Origin: Diplonema japonicum | Lineage: Eukaryota > Protista > Euglenozoa: Diplonemea | Assembly: GCA_964019335.1 (NCBI GenBank) | Contig: OZ025670.1 | Coordinates: forward strand, 248,001 to 312,000 | Length of the DNA stretch: 64,000 bases | Reading direction: 5' to 3' | Shown here: positions 11,384 to 23,159 of the stretch, one piece after another | How positions within the stretch are numbered: the first letter of the stretch is position 1 | Layout of the letters: every line of letters begins with the position of its first letter | Program-made: the position numbers and the translations under genes | The notes under the pieces: model-generated | The model's input: the letters and a program-made list of their open reading frames with translations, nothing else | What the model was told of the DNA's origin: nothing | The model's database searches: none

Positions 11384-13342
11384 ATGGACCGGCCCAACAG
11401 CGCCGACAACTCGACGCTGAATGCCAAGCAGCGCATCGAGCAGAGGAGAGCGAAGTTAGATGCCGCTTTGGCAGCGAAAAAGGCAGGGACAGAAGAGGGC
11501 GGGGTCGTGAAAGATGGGGAACCACAGCTTGGCGAAGGCGAGGGGCAGATCAGAGAAAGCAGGAGGAACATCGAAGACCTGAAGATGAAAGCATCCGAAG
11601 AGGTGACACGGTTCAGAGTCACAACAGATGTACACGAAGCTGACAGGCGGATACAAGAGGACGCCAAGCTGAAAGAAAGACTGCAAAACATAACAGATGA
11701 GGCAGCAAGCAGTAACAGAAGAGACAGCAGCGTGTTGATGAAGTGGAACTCCCTGTTTCAAAAGACCGTTCCACAGGATTTGTTGGAGGCGATCAACAAG
11801 CAGAAGGAATCATGCTCGAAAATCATTGAATCTAAAGACAGGCTGATCGGCGATTTGAAGGAAGAGCTTAAAAATAAAGACGAGGAATATGTAAGGGCTT
11901 TGAAAGAGCAAGCCACGGCAATCGACGATCTGATCGGATGTATGCATGAAAGGACGAAGGACATGATCGAGAGATACGCGGAAGAGCTGGAGGCGATTGA
12001 AAGCGCATTTATGAACGAAAGAAAAGAGTTGTTGAAGTCACAGCAGTCTGAGATTGACGCCCTGACGGAACGGAGAAGAACAATCGAAGACCAAAACATG
12101 AAAAAACGACAAGAAAAAGTCGAAGATTGGCAGCTGCGTCTTCATGAAATCCATGAAACCTACGGTGAGTATTACAACAAATTGAAATGTCAGCTTCAAA
12201 CCGAAATTCAAGGTTTAGAACAGCAACTGGAAGAGATGCGGGCTTTGTATCAGTTAAACGCGGAAAAATTGAATTACAACTTGCAGGTTCTCAGCGAGAG
12301 GGTGAAGGAGAACGACAAGGCCATCGCAACGCACAAGCGTAAGCTCGCGAGACTTCAGGACGTTCTTTCAGGGCTTATCACAAAGTACGCCGAAACCGAC
12401 AAAAAATTCAGACATGAGAACAACATCCTGACGGAGTCGTACAGAAGAATAACGGAACAATACAAAGATCTGCAATTGAAATTCCAGTACTTCGAAAAGG
12501 CCGACACGGAAAAATACCGCCAGGTCTGGGCGATGAATGAGGAAGACGCCATGAAGCTTGTAAACCAATGCTTGATGGCAGACAAGGTAGTTTTTGAACA
12601 ACAACTAGGAGTGGAATGGAAACCTCCAGACTTAAACTTCTGGCGGGAAGAAGACGCTGCCCACGTCGGCGACGGTTCAGACGACGAAGTACCAGAGCAA
12701 CCCGACGATAAAGAACTGTCAGAAGCCGCTCTGAAAATGTTCGAACTCCTCAAAACAGAATGCGGGTTTTTAGTAGAAGACCGCATAAAAAGAACTCTCG
12801 AGATGCTTGAAGAAGAAGACGAGGCAAAGATGGACGCAGTCAAGCTGGAGTCCATCTGGAAAGCCCTCGGTGTTAAAAGCAAAGCCGACATCATGAAGCT
12901 CCTTCTACACTTTACAAAACAAGGCGAGACAGAGGACACGCAAGAATTAATATCACAACAGGATTGCATCAAAGCTCTCACAGCATATGTGGAGCAGCAG
13001 AATAGAAACGCCTGCCTAGCGTCGTCAAAGAAGCACCAACAAGCCAGTTTTGAAGAACGTGCGAAGCAACGCCGCCGGCAGGAGGAGCAAGAATTCTGGG
13101 TTAGGATGGCCAACGTGATACAGCCTTCGCACTACCGCATTTGGGGTGCGCTTGAGGATGGTCTTGAAAAATATCTCTCGCAGCTGCAGAATCGTGCAAA
13201 GCTTATCGATGAAACCGACGCCATTAGACAACAGAACGACGAGCTTCGCGCGCTGCTAAACACCTACATGCAATCGAAAATCAATGAAGAGCTCTTCCAC
13301 CCACCGCAGCTCACCGTCGCCAACAACCCTCCTGAATCTTAG
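11384..13342 (+). CDS. DRC1: Dynein regulatory complex protein 1 (CCDC164)
   Basis: PQDL..QKESC..IIESKD.LI, LEQQLEEMRALYQLNAEKLNYNL, and C-terminal WGALEDGLEKY..R..LI.ET..QQNDELRALL..Y.N.EL..PP. Confidence 0.9.
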   Translation: MDRPNSADNSTLNAKQRIEQRRAKLDAALAAKKAGTEEGGVVKDGEPQLGEGEGQIRESRRNIEDLKMKASEEVTRFRVTTDVHEADRRIQEDAKLKERLQNITDEAASSNRRDSSVLMKWNSLFQKTVPQDLLEAINKQKESCSKIIESKDRLIGDLKEELKNKDEEYVRALKEQATAIDDLIGCMHERTKDMIERYAEELEAIESAFMNERKELLKSQQSEIDALTERRRTIEDQNMKKRQEKVEDWQLRLHEIHETYGEYYNKLKCQLQTEIQGLEQQLEEMRALYQLNAEKLNYNLQVLSERVKENDKAIATHKRKLARLQDVLSGLITKYAETDKKFRHENNILTESYRRITEQYKDLQLKFQYFEKADTEKYRQVWAMNEEDAMKLVNQCLMADKVVFEQQLGVEWKPPDLNFWREEDAAHVGDGSDDEVPEQPDDKELSEAALKMFELLKTECGFLVEDRIKRTLEMLEEEDEAKMDAVKLESIWKALGVKSKADIMKLLLHFTKQGETEDTQELISQQDCIKALTAYVEQQNRNACLASSKKHQQASFEERAKQRRRQEEQEFWVRMANVIQPSHYRIWGALEDGLEKYLSQLQNRAKLIDETDAIRQQNDELRALLNTYMQSKINEELFHPPQLTVANNPPES

Positions 13343-13478
13343 AAATCTCCCCACACTTTTTTTTTTTCTTCTTCTCCCCATACTTTTTGTGAATACGCAC
13401 CACATTTCCCCCCCTCCGTTTTTTTAATTTCTTATTCCCCCCCCACTTTTTTTCCCTTATAAAAAAAAAAAAAGGGAA

Positions 13479-15095
13479 ATGGCGGAGTTCTCCAAATGCC
13501 CCACCTCGCCCTCCGGGATGTCCGCCTCTGGAGGCGGTGAATACGAGGAAGGCGAGATCGTCAGGCTTTACAAATTGAAGCTCCTCCACATGCGGTACGA
13601 GGGGGCCCTCGTTGCTGTACAGGAGTACGTACCCTCAAAGGGAATGTGGCGCGTTCGGCTCAACACCGGAGAAGGCATCGACATGCACGCTAGCCATATG
13701 GTGAAGCTCGACGACACCACCGCATTTTACACCGGAGAGCCAGTGAGGCTGAAAGGGCTGCCCATCATGCAAGCAATCCACGAGAAACAAATCGCCGCCA
13801 TCCAAGAATACGTCCCGCAGCGAGACACCTGGAAACTGTGTTTGAAAAACGGCGAGAAAATTGAAGTCTACTCGAATTACATGAAGAAGATGGACGTCCC
13901 CCACATGCACGCTACAGGCGACCTAGTCAGAATGATGAACTCCGACCACACCGCAGGTGAGATCGTAACTGTTCGTGAATACGTCAGCATGAAGGACGCG
14001 TGGAACGTTACGAAGTCCAACGGAACTGCTTTAGATGTGTACTCGGAGTTTTTGAAAAATGTCGATCCGAATTTTTTCCAAGTAGGTGATCTTGTCAGTG
14101 TGGAGGGTGAAACAGTAGCAATCCAAGACTACGTAACAGGTAAGGACGCTTGGAAGGTCCGAGCGAATGACGGTTCAGCCTTTGAAATTTACAGGGAACA
14201 GGTTCTTCGAATGGACACTCCCGGATCAGCCTTCGAAGGCCTCGCCCGAGGAGGATCAGGCGCTGCAACCATAACCGATACCTTCAAAACCCTCTTTGGG
14301 AAAACTACAACCCCCACCCTCCCCGGTGACAAAAAATCATCGTCGAAATTCAAACTCCCTGTGAAGAACCCGTTTTCAAAATCTTCGAAAACCGTTGAGG
14401 GTAAAGGCGGGTACAATGTAGGCGATCAAGTCCACCTTGCGAATGACGGTGGGAAGATTGCATTGTGCAAAGAATTTAATTCTGCCAAAGGGAAGTGGAA
14501 GGTGGTTCTCAACACTGGTCAGAAGGTAGAATGCCCTGCGTCTCAATTAAAGCCTCCTATCGAACCATTTGGGTTCAAAGAAAGCCAGCTTGTGAAGCTT
14601 AATGGTGATGGTTCGGTCGCTGCCATTCAAGAGGTCCTTCACGGTAAGGGAATGGTCTGCATTCGCTTGCCAAACGGAAAACCAAAATACCTATTCCCTG
14701 ATGAATTCACCATCTTCAAGGAGGATAATGAAATGGGGGACCAGCATCAACAACAACCACAACAACAACAACAGCAACAACGGGAAGAAACTGTCCAACA
14801 CGTCGACCCCACCCGGGCCGTTCCTACGCTTCGCGAGGAGCTTGAAGATTTACTCACGCAAGCCGGCACGACACTTGAGGAGGCGAAGGGGTTTAACGAT
14901 GCCGACATTGATGAGCTTTTGAAGGAGGAGTTTAAGGTACCGGTTGTGAAGCGGAACAAAATGAAAGCGATCCTTCGTCAGAAGGAAGAGACAGTGGTGG
15001 AAACGGCGGTGGAGGCGCAACCTGAACCACAGGAAGAGGAACCGCCCGCGGAACAACAGCAGCCGCACGACAACCATCCTTTGAACTTTTTGTAA
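13479..15095 (+). CDS. Protein with about six tandem SH3/KOW-like beta-barrel repeats and a SAM-like tail
   Basis: Repeats of ~50-56 aa, G(E/D).VRL..A(I/V)QEYV..K..W.V....G...; short polyQ; helical C-terminus. Confidence 0.65.
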   Translation: MAEFSKCPTSPSGMSASGGGEYEEGEIVRLYKLKLLHMRYEGALVAVQEYVPSKGMWRVRLNTGEGIDMHASHMVKLDDTTAFYTGEPVRLKGLPIMQAIHEKQIAAIQEYVPQRDTWKLCLKNGEKIEVYSNYMKKMDVPHMHATGDLVRMMNSDHTAGEIVTVREYVSMKDAWNVTKSNGTALDVYSEFLKNVDPNFFQVGDLVSVEGETVAIQDYVTGKDAWKVRANDGSAFEIYREQVLRMDTPGSAFEGLARGGSGAATITDTFKTLFGKTTTPTLPGDKKSSSKFKLPVKNPFSKSSKTVEGKGGYNVGDQVHLANDGGKIALCKEFNSAKGKWKVVLNTGQKVECPASQLKPPIEPFGFKESQLVKLNGDGSVAAIQEVLHGKGMVCIRLPNGKPKYLFPDEFTIFKEDNEMGDQHQQQPQQQQQQQREETVQHVDPTRAVPTLREELEDLLTQAGTTLEEAKGFNDADIDELLKEEFKVPVVKRNKMKAILRQKEETVVETAVEAQPEPQEEEPPAEQQQPHDNHPLNFL

Positions 15096-16089
15096 ACAAC
15101 GGGATGGAATGGGGAGGTAGTTTTTTTTTTTTTTTTTTCTTTCTTTATTCTCGCAATGAACTTTTTTGTTACGCTCTTGAAAAAAAAAATTAAGAATTTT
15201 TTTTCACTCAAGCGACAAAAAACTCATTATGTTATTTTTCCTTCTTTTTTTTTTTACAGCATTTTTTTCCCGCTAGTCAGATTTCTTTTTTTTTTTTTTT
15301 TTTATTTGCGTTATTACTTTGAAGTTTCTTTTTTTTTTCTTTCTGTTTGTCCGGTAAAAAAAAGCACACTTAGTGTGCCCCTTTGATTTCAAAAAAGAAT
15401 TCTTCACGTTTTTCTTTTCTTTTTTTTTTTTTTTTCCGTTCTGCTTCGTTAGTCTTTCCAAAAAAGAAAAAAAATAATAAAAAAAAAAAAGAACCTCCCC
15501 TTTCTCCTTTTGCTTATGTTCAGTAAATCAGAATAAGGTTCGGTTGCTAGATATAAAAAGAACAGGACCTATTGAGTGAAAAACGTTGGACCGACACAGT
15601 GACCGAGAGCCGAAAACAGGAGAAGAAAACTCGGACAGCAGTCGATCACGATTACTCAATTAAAAATATAAAATTCAGATGCTTTCACGTGTAAGTGGCA
15701 CCATAAATGTGAAATCTGATTTTTAGGATAGTAATGAATACTCGCATTTAAGAAAAAAAAACGAGAGGGGGGGGGGGGGGGTGTACAAATCACGGCAGAA
15801 AACTATACAAAAAGAAATGTTTGCACCTTTTTTTTTTTATATATTTCATATTTCTTTTTTTCTTTTTTTTTTCTTTGTGTAAGAAAAACTGCTTCTTTCT
15901 GTCTTTTTTTCTTTCTTTTTTTTTTTCTACACTTCCATTCAAAATCTCAAAAAAAGAAAATCGCAAACTAAAAGGGCTTTTAAAAAGAAGAAGAAAAAAA
16001 AAAAAAGAGAGAAAAAAAAAAGAGGGAGGGCCACCCTCTACCCTCTTTTTTTTTCTTCTTCTTCTTACTTCTTCTTTCTTCAATCTTAA

Positions 16090-17823
16090 ATGTTCGAGGG
16101 GTCCACCACATGGCGCGCCCGCTACGAGAGAACCGCGGGGACCGCTGATGACGATTTCATACGGGGCTGGGGCCAGGCCGACAACACTTTTGACGATGAC
16201 AATGACCAGTGGCAGAGGGTTGTACCTGAAGACACCCAGACATACTTCTCTGAACCTATCATGCTTTTAAACCCCAAGGTAGTCGACCCACGCAACAAAC
16301 TAAAAATGCCTGCCATCGTCATCTGTGAAGAGTCCTGCGAAAACGGTTTCCCCCTCGAGAACTGGATGCAACCACTTGGAGCAGACGATCTCGAAATGCT
16401 TGCCGTTCCAGAACACGAATGCGGGTTGACAGAAGAAGAAGAAATGCAGATAGCAATAGATCAAGAACAATGGGACAGAGAAGAGGAGGAAAGACGGCGG
16501 GTTGAGCTGCGGCGTTTAAAAGCGGCAAGGAGGAAACGGACAAAAACAACTTCAACGAGGTCCCACAGCCCACCTACCTCCCCTGCTGCTTCGTTACCAT
16601 CACCCCGAAAGAAACCGAAAAGAAAATCCTCAATTCCGACTGCTCTGCAAGAACCGAAGAAAATGATGCCCAGCCAGCAATCCCCACCACCACCAGTCAT
16701 CGATGAGTCCTGCTTGATCCCAAAAACTGTCGCGGAGCTCACCACCCCACGACGGGAGACAACAGCACTCCCATCGCATCCTTTGTTGAGCAACTCATTA
16801 TCGTCGTCGCCTACGATTTCGCCTTCCGTTTCTGTTGATCCCATACCTTATCTGTCCATGCCCAAGAGGGGTGGGAGTGAGGTTAAGTATGGCGTTGGGA
16901 AGTCTATGCACTTGACATCGTCACCGCCCAACACTACGGTGAGCAAGCCTGTGCACAGGGAGGTGGTTAGAATGCAACCACCGCCGCACTCTTTGATGTT
17001 CGCTCCTCAGGTGGACGTGTCGAGAGCACCGCCGGTGCGTCTTGCTCGGGTTCCTGTTCCTCTTCCTCTTCCACTTCCGCCTGTCGAGATCTGCTTCTCG
17101 CAATACGCCATTTCTGTTGTCGCTGCTGCCGTCAGTGCACGACGTGCTTGTGTTGCGCACGCTGCTGGTGTTGATGCATCGGTGCTTGCTGTTCTCGCTT
17201 CATGCGTTGCCGCTTCGTTCGGTAAGGAGCACCTCATCACTATCAGGCGCTGCAAGATAGAGCTCAAACAGAACCTTGTTCAAAAGCGACTGATGGAAGG
17301 CAGGGAAACCTCCGGCAGGGGACGGATCGAGGCAACAGAAGAAGATGACAGGAAAACGCTCAAACAAAACGAAAGAACAACACGCGAGGCACGTGCACTA
17401 CAACACGAGGCAGAGCAGAGACGCCTTGCGGAGGCGAAGCGTTTGGAAGAACAGCACGCGCGTGAAGAAATCCAACGCGAAATTGAGGAAAGACAGCGGG
17501 TGCTCGCGGAGGAAGAAAAGGCACGACAGGAGGAAGCGGTGGAGAGGGAAAGGGAAATCGAAAGGAAGCGTCTGGCGGAGCTGGAACGGCAGCGGGAAAC
17601 CGCAGCAGAACTTTCCGACGAAGCGCTGGACCCAGAACCGGAGCTGACCATACCCACACCCTGCCCGCAGGTAAAGGTACCTTTTAAGCCGTCGCTCTTC
17701 GAGGTCCCGAAGGGTTTCTCGCTGACGTTCAGCGGCATGAAACTAAGCTCCCCAACACCTGACCTTACAAGGCCGCCTAGGCTTACTACAATGGACAAGC
17801 TTACCAGCTTGCTGTTAGAGGTA

Positions 17824-17855
<32 letters not shown>

Positions 17856-18350
17856 CAGGATGACTCTGAAACAGAGAGTATGTGCAGTGGTACAATGACA
17901 GCAAATGACGATGATGATGATGATGATGAGGAGGAAGAGGCGCTTGTGACGTGGCGGAACACACCTTTCGGGGAGACGCCTGTGGCAGAGGTTGAAGAAA
18001 TCGTGACTGAGGAAAACGTGGTCGCGGTGCCATCTCCATCTCTCGCTGACTTTGTGTCTTCTCCCGAACCTGTTCCCGTGTCTGCTGAGTCTGTCACTGA
18101 TGTCGAAGGGGCGGAGCTCCCATCACTGCCATCTACTACCGTCACACCCACATCCTCTCCTACCACTTCTGTGTCCACAGACAATATTCTGTTGAAGTCC
18201 CCTCTCCTCAGCAAAAACAAAGGCAAGGGCTCACAGGTGCAGCCCGCATTGGACTCTGTTAAACCTGCAAGAAGACCCCATTCCATCCAACCTAAAATAG
18301 GCAAGGACAAAGCAAGTTGTGGATGCGGAACTGGATGCCTTGTCATGTGA
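16090..18350 (+). CDS. Pro-rich/coiled-coil protein ending in a CaaX motif
   Basis: Intron 17821-17858 (GT..poly(A)..CAG) joins the 578-aa ORF in frame to the 17880 ORF; ends CGCGTGCLVM*. Confidence 0.75.
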
Positions 18351-18358
18351 TTTTCCTA

Positions 18359-18390
<32 letters not shown>

Positions 18391-18464
18391 TTTGCTTAAC
18401 CTTTATAATGTGTACATAAAAACTTGCAAAAAGAAAATAGAAAAAAATGGGGAGGAGGGATACG

Positions 18465-18495
<31 letters not shown>

Positions 18496-19065
18496 ACTTG
18501 TATAAAAAAGTTTTTTTTTTGCTATTATTTCTTTTATCTTTTTTTTTTCCCGCACAGTTTACTTTCTCCCCCCCCCCCTTTTTTTGTTATTAGAATTCCC
18601 ACCTGTTCTCCTGTCCTCTTCCTGTTTCCATTTTTTTTTTCATTACCAGTGGGGCGATTTTCTTTTTTTTTTTGGCAGGCTTTCTGACCATAGTGGCGGA
18701 GTTATGCAAAAAAAAAAAAAAAAAAAAAAAATCGAGAAAAGGGGCCCGGGTGCTCTAAGCCGTCTCCACCTTTTATTGCAGTTCAGCAGCATTGGTCGTG
18801 AATAGTAAGCGATCAACTAAAAAGTCTCTTTTTTTTGGGGGGGGTTTTTTTGAGGACAACTTTTATATTAGATATCACAGCCACTCCCTCCCCATTTTTT
18901 TGTTGTCAAGCAGAAGAAAAATGCAAGAACAGGAAAAGACGGTAACTTGGTTATCGCTACCGTCGAGTCCCAAGCTCGACATGTTTTTTTTTTTTTTTTC
19001 TCCTCCACCGTAGTGAAAATTTTTTGTTCTACATTAGATCCCTTTCCACCCCCTCCCCTCTCCCC

Positions 19066-19100
<35 letters not shown>

Positions 19101-19836
19101 CCCACACGTAAACTGGGGGGGGAAAAAAAAAAAAAAAAATGCCATGTATCTGTAGACATTCTTTGTCCTCCCGCCTATTTATCGTGTTATTACCCATTAG
19201 TATTCTCTCCACCCTCCCAGAAAGTTGTTAATGATACTTTTCAAAAAAAAAAAATAATAATAATGTAAACAGTAAGTAGAGAAAAAAAATGAAGGGGATG
19301 GGGGGGGGGGGGGGGGTCACGGACAATGCCAGGGAATGGAGGTCTGCCAAGTTTCTTTGTTCTTCGTTCTTTTTTTTTTTTTTTTTTTTCCAAGCAGCAA
19401 GGTTTTCAAATCAAAATAAAATTACTGCGAAAGGGGGGAGAAAGAAAAAAAAAAAAAGGAAAAACTCTGGTATTGATGCCCCTAGAAGCTCGAACTTGCA
19501 GTAGTGATTTATAGAAAATGTCAAAAATAAAAAAATTGGAAAATAAAAAATTAACCCCCCACCCGACAAGCCGACTCTTCCTATTTTACCGCATATCGTT
19601 GATCCGATGGATTTTTTGTTACCCCCCTTTTTTCCATGCTTCTCTTTTTTTTCTTAATCCCCTCCCCTCTTTTTTTTTTTGTTTTTGTACGGAAAAAAAA
19701 ATTAAAAATTTATTTTTATTGCATTAACCCATTTTTTTTTATTATTTTTCTCTTCCCCCGCCCTCGTTTTTTTTTTTTTTTTCTCGGTTCACAAAAAAAA
19801 AAAAAGGTGGTTCTAAAAAACAAAAACAAAAACAAA

Positions 19837-20802
19837 ATGAATGGAAACCCATTGGCTGCAGCAGCAGGGTTTGCAGCGGGCACTGCAGTCGGAGGTGCCT
19901 GCATGTGGCGCATGGCTCAACGGGAAAAGATCCAAGCACACAAACCGTTTAAAAACATCGAAACTGTCGCAATTTACGGCGGCAGCAGCGCCACCGTAGA
20001 CCCACAATTCCTAGAAATCGCTGTAAAGATAGGCAAGGGCGTAGCAGAACGAGGCTGGGATCAACTAAACGGCGGTGGAAGCGTGGGAATGATGGGCGCG
20101 GCCACCGACGGGGGAGTCTCAGCAGATGGCACCGTAAACTGCGTCATATTAGACAAATTCCTTCCCTTCGCACACAAAGCCCTGAACAAGGTCACTGTAG
20201 CCTACAACATGTCGGACAGAAAAAAAGGCCTCTATGAAAACAGCGATGCATTCATCTCCCTCCCTGGAGGGCTTGGCACGATAGAAGAAATTATGGAAGT
20301 CCTGTCATGGCGACAGCTGGGATTCCACGAGCGGCCGGTTGTTCTGATCAACACAAACGGGTTCTACAACCATCTTGCAGAGTTTCTCGAGCACTGCATC
20401 AAATCGGGTTTTGTCTCTACAAAGGTGAGGAGCTGCTTCCTAGTGACGGAGGATGTTGAGGAATGCCTTGATTTCATTCAGAACTACAAACCAGAATTTA
20501 TCGACAAGACAGAGATACACCAGGGGGTCATGAGGCAGACAGAGACCGATGCTGCACGTGCAGCGGGTCTCCCAACACTCAGTGCGCCCACGCCTACCCC
20601 ACTGCCTGGGCTTGTGATAGGTGCCCGTGTTGTTCTTGTGAAGCCCCTGAGGCTTCAACGAACTGGGACCCTAGCAGAGGGCTCTGTTGGCATCGTGACT
20701 GCAGTCCCAGGCGAAGGTGGTTCCATTGCCGAGGTTGATTTTGATGATGGTCCTTTGACTGATGTGTTCCCAGGGACAGTGAAGGTGCTCGGCACCGACT
20801 AA
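19837..20802 (+). CDS. LOG: LOG-family nucleotide monophosphate phosphoribohydrolase
   Basis: GGGSVGMMGA, MSDRK, DAFISLPGGLGTIEE, WRQLGFHERPV. Confidence 0.9.
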   Translation: MNGNPLAAAAGFAAGTAVGGACMWRMAQREKIQAHKPFKNIETVAIYGGSSATVDPQFLEIAVKIGKGVAERGWDQLNGGGSVGMMGAATDGGVSADGTVNCVILDKFLPFAHKALNKVTVAYNMSDRKKGLYENSDAFISLPGGLGTIEEIMEVLSWRQLGFHERPVVLINTNGFYNHLAEFLEHCIKSGFVSTKVRSCFLVTEDVEECLDFIQNYKPEFIDKTEIHQGVMRQTETDAARAAGLPTLSAPTPTPLPGLVIGARVVLVKPLRLQRTGTLAEGSVGIVTAVPGEGGSIAEVDFDDGPLTDVFPGTVKVLGTD

Positions 20803-20811
20803 AACGGGAGG

Positions 20812-20846
<35 letters not shown>

Positions 20847-21893
20847 CGATGGGAATATCTCGTAATTTAAAAAAAAAAAAAATACAAAGTGAGTGTGTGA
20901 AAGGGGGGGGGGACGGGGGGTATATATATGCATGTACAATGGTTTTGAAAAAAAAAAAAGAAGGGAAAAAAAAAAGAAAACTCTGGATAATATAATATAA
21001 TAATATCAGCGCTCCGGTTAATTTTTGAAATAATTGATTGAAAAAAAAAAAAAAACACATAAAAAAAAAGAGGAAAAAAAAGAAAAAGAAAAAGAAAAAA
21101 AAAACATGAGTGGTAAATAATTAAAAAGAAAATATGGTGAAGAGAAGAGAACGGTAGACGTGCTGGGAAAAACAAAGAAGAAAAAAAAAAGAAAGAAAAA
21201 AAAAAAAGGCCCTCCGTTCAATCCTCATCTTTTTTTTTTCTTTTTTTTCCCGAACAGTTTTATGTAAATGAAATAAGGGAGAGAAACACAACACAAAAAT
21301 GTCTTTTTTTTTTAAAAGGGAATGGTACATTTTTGTCCTCTCACGGCAACGGGCGGCATGGAAGGCAAAAAAAAGGGGGGGTAATAACGTGAGCCGGATG
21401 ACCTAACTTCACAGTTTTTTTAAACCTTCTTCCCCTTCTTTAAATCCCTCCCGTTTTTTTTTTTAAGCTTAGATGCATATCTCTTATCGTCAAGCACCCC
21501 CTAGTAAGTTTTTTATTTTTTTTTTTTTTTATTTTTTTTTTTTATTCCCTGTATGACGGGATTTTTGAGATATGCATGTTTGTACAGCAGGTTCCAGCAG
21601 ATGACGGTGGAGATTGCGTTTACAAAGCGCTACGTTCAGTCACACGGTCACTTTCTTTTTATATCCTCCCTTCGGGAAAAAAAAAAAAAAAAAAAAAAAA
21701 CAAAAAAGAAAAAAAAAGTGTGATGGTACCTTTCACCCCGTCCCACCTTTTTTTCCTCACCGATCCCTTCAGATCGCTGGGGGTTTTGAAATTCTTTCGC
21801 TGGGGTATTAAGCCCTGTACTTTTTCATATTTTTTTTTTATAGAAATCAATCGAAAAAAAAAAAAAAACGTTAAGAGAAAAAAAAAAAAAAAA

Positions 21894-22568
21894 ATGGGTG
21901 CTGACACGGAAGGAGAAGTGACCACCCTCTGCGTTACGGGATTGCCAGCCAATGTCACAGAAAGAGAGGTGTTCTTCTTGTTTGGCACGTTCCCAGCATT
22001 TTTGTGTGGTAGTTTAAAATGTGATGGCAAGGTATGGCCCCCTCCGCGCTCAAAACAATACCCTCCAGGATGGCCCCATAGCATTTGTCACCTATGCTGA
22101 CAGGCACTCGGCAGAGGAGGCATTAAAGCAGATCCACAAGCTAGAGTATCCGAAAGACAAAGTAATGATCAGAGTCTACTACTCAAACAAGGCCTCTCGC
22201 TCAGTCAGGACCGACCGGACAGTTACTTCTCATAAGGGCAAGGCAGAAGACGCAGGCGTGGAACTGAAAGAGGGAGGAATTTTACAGTTGGTGGGGAAAC
22301 AAGTGGTGCTACCTAACCCCACTGCCGCTGCTGTTACTACAGCTACTCCAGTCTTCGACACTGCTGGGCAATACGGAATGGCGCAAGGGGTGTTTCAGAG
22401 CCAGCAGCAGTTGAGTCACCATCACCACCACCACCACCATCAACACCAACACCCACAAATGCTGCACCAGCATCACCTCCACCACCAACACCAGCAGCAA
22501 CAGCAACAGCAGCAGCAACAGCAGCAACAACTGCTGCCCCCACACCACCAATTCGTGCAGCAACAGTT

Positions 22569-22613
<45 letters not shown>

Positions 22614-22706
22614 GCAACAACTCCACCAACAGCAGATGCATCAGCAACAGCAACCGGTGCATCAAATGCACGTCCACATACAGCAACCACAACAACCCCA
22701 GCCATT

Positions 22707-22742
<36 letters not shown>

Positions 22743-23159
22743 GCAACAACCTATTCAGCTTCAGCAGCCGCAACCACAGCAACCACCACAGCAGCAGCAG
22801 CAGCAACAGGCTGTGGACAACGGGGCCGTTGGGAACAATTTATCTCAATGCACTCTATTCATCGCAAATATTGACCCGCAGCTCACTGATGGTGAGCTAA
22901 AGGCGTTGTTCTTGAAGTATGCTGACTTTGGGGAAAAAAAAAAAAAAAAAAAGATACGGGTGCCAAAAAATGAAAAGAAGCGGAAACAAGGCTTGGCTGT
23001 ACTTGGATTCTCCAAACAGCGTGCAACAAGCACTCGTACTGAATAACTACAGAGGCCCCAACCAAGGACCGGCGCTGAAGGTACGAAGGGGAGGAGGGGG
23101 GGGACAAACAAATGAGAATAATACAGGTTGCGCCGGCAAGGACTGAAATGCGGGGGTAA
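21894..23159 (+). CDS. Two-RRM RNA-binding protein (RBPMS/couch-potato-like RRM1) with a polyQ/H linker
   Basis: TLCVTGLPANVTEREVFFLF..PIAFVTY and TLFIANID..KAWLYL. Introns 22032-22068, 22917-22953 and 23081-23126. Confidence 0.85.
22418..22809 (+). repeat. Coding CAG/CAA/CAC trinucleotide tract (polyQ/H)
   Basis: Long cag/caa runs visible in the sequence. Confidence 0.9.
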
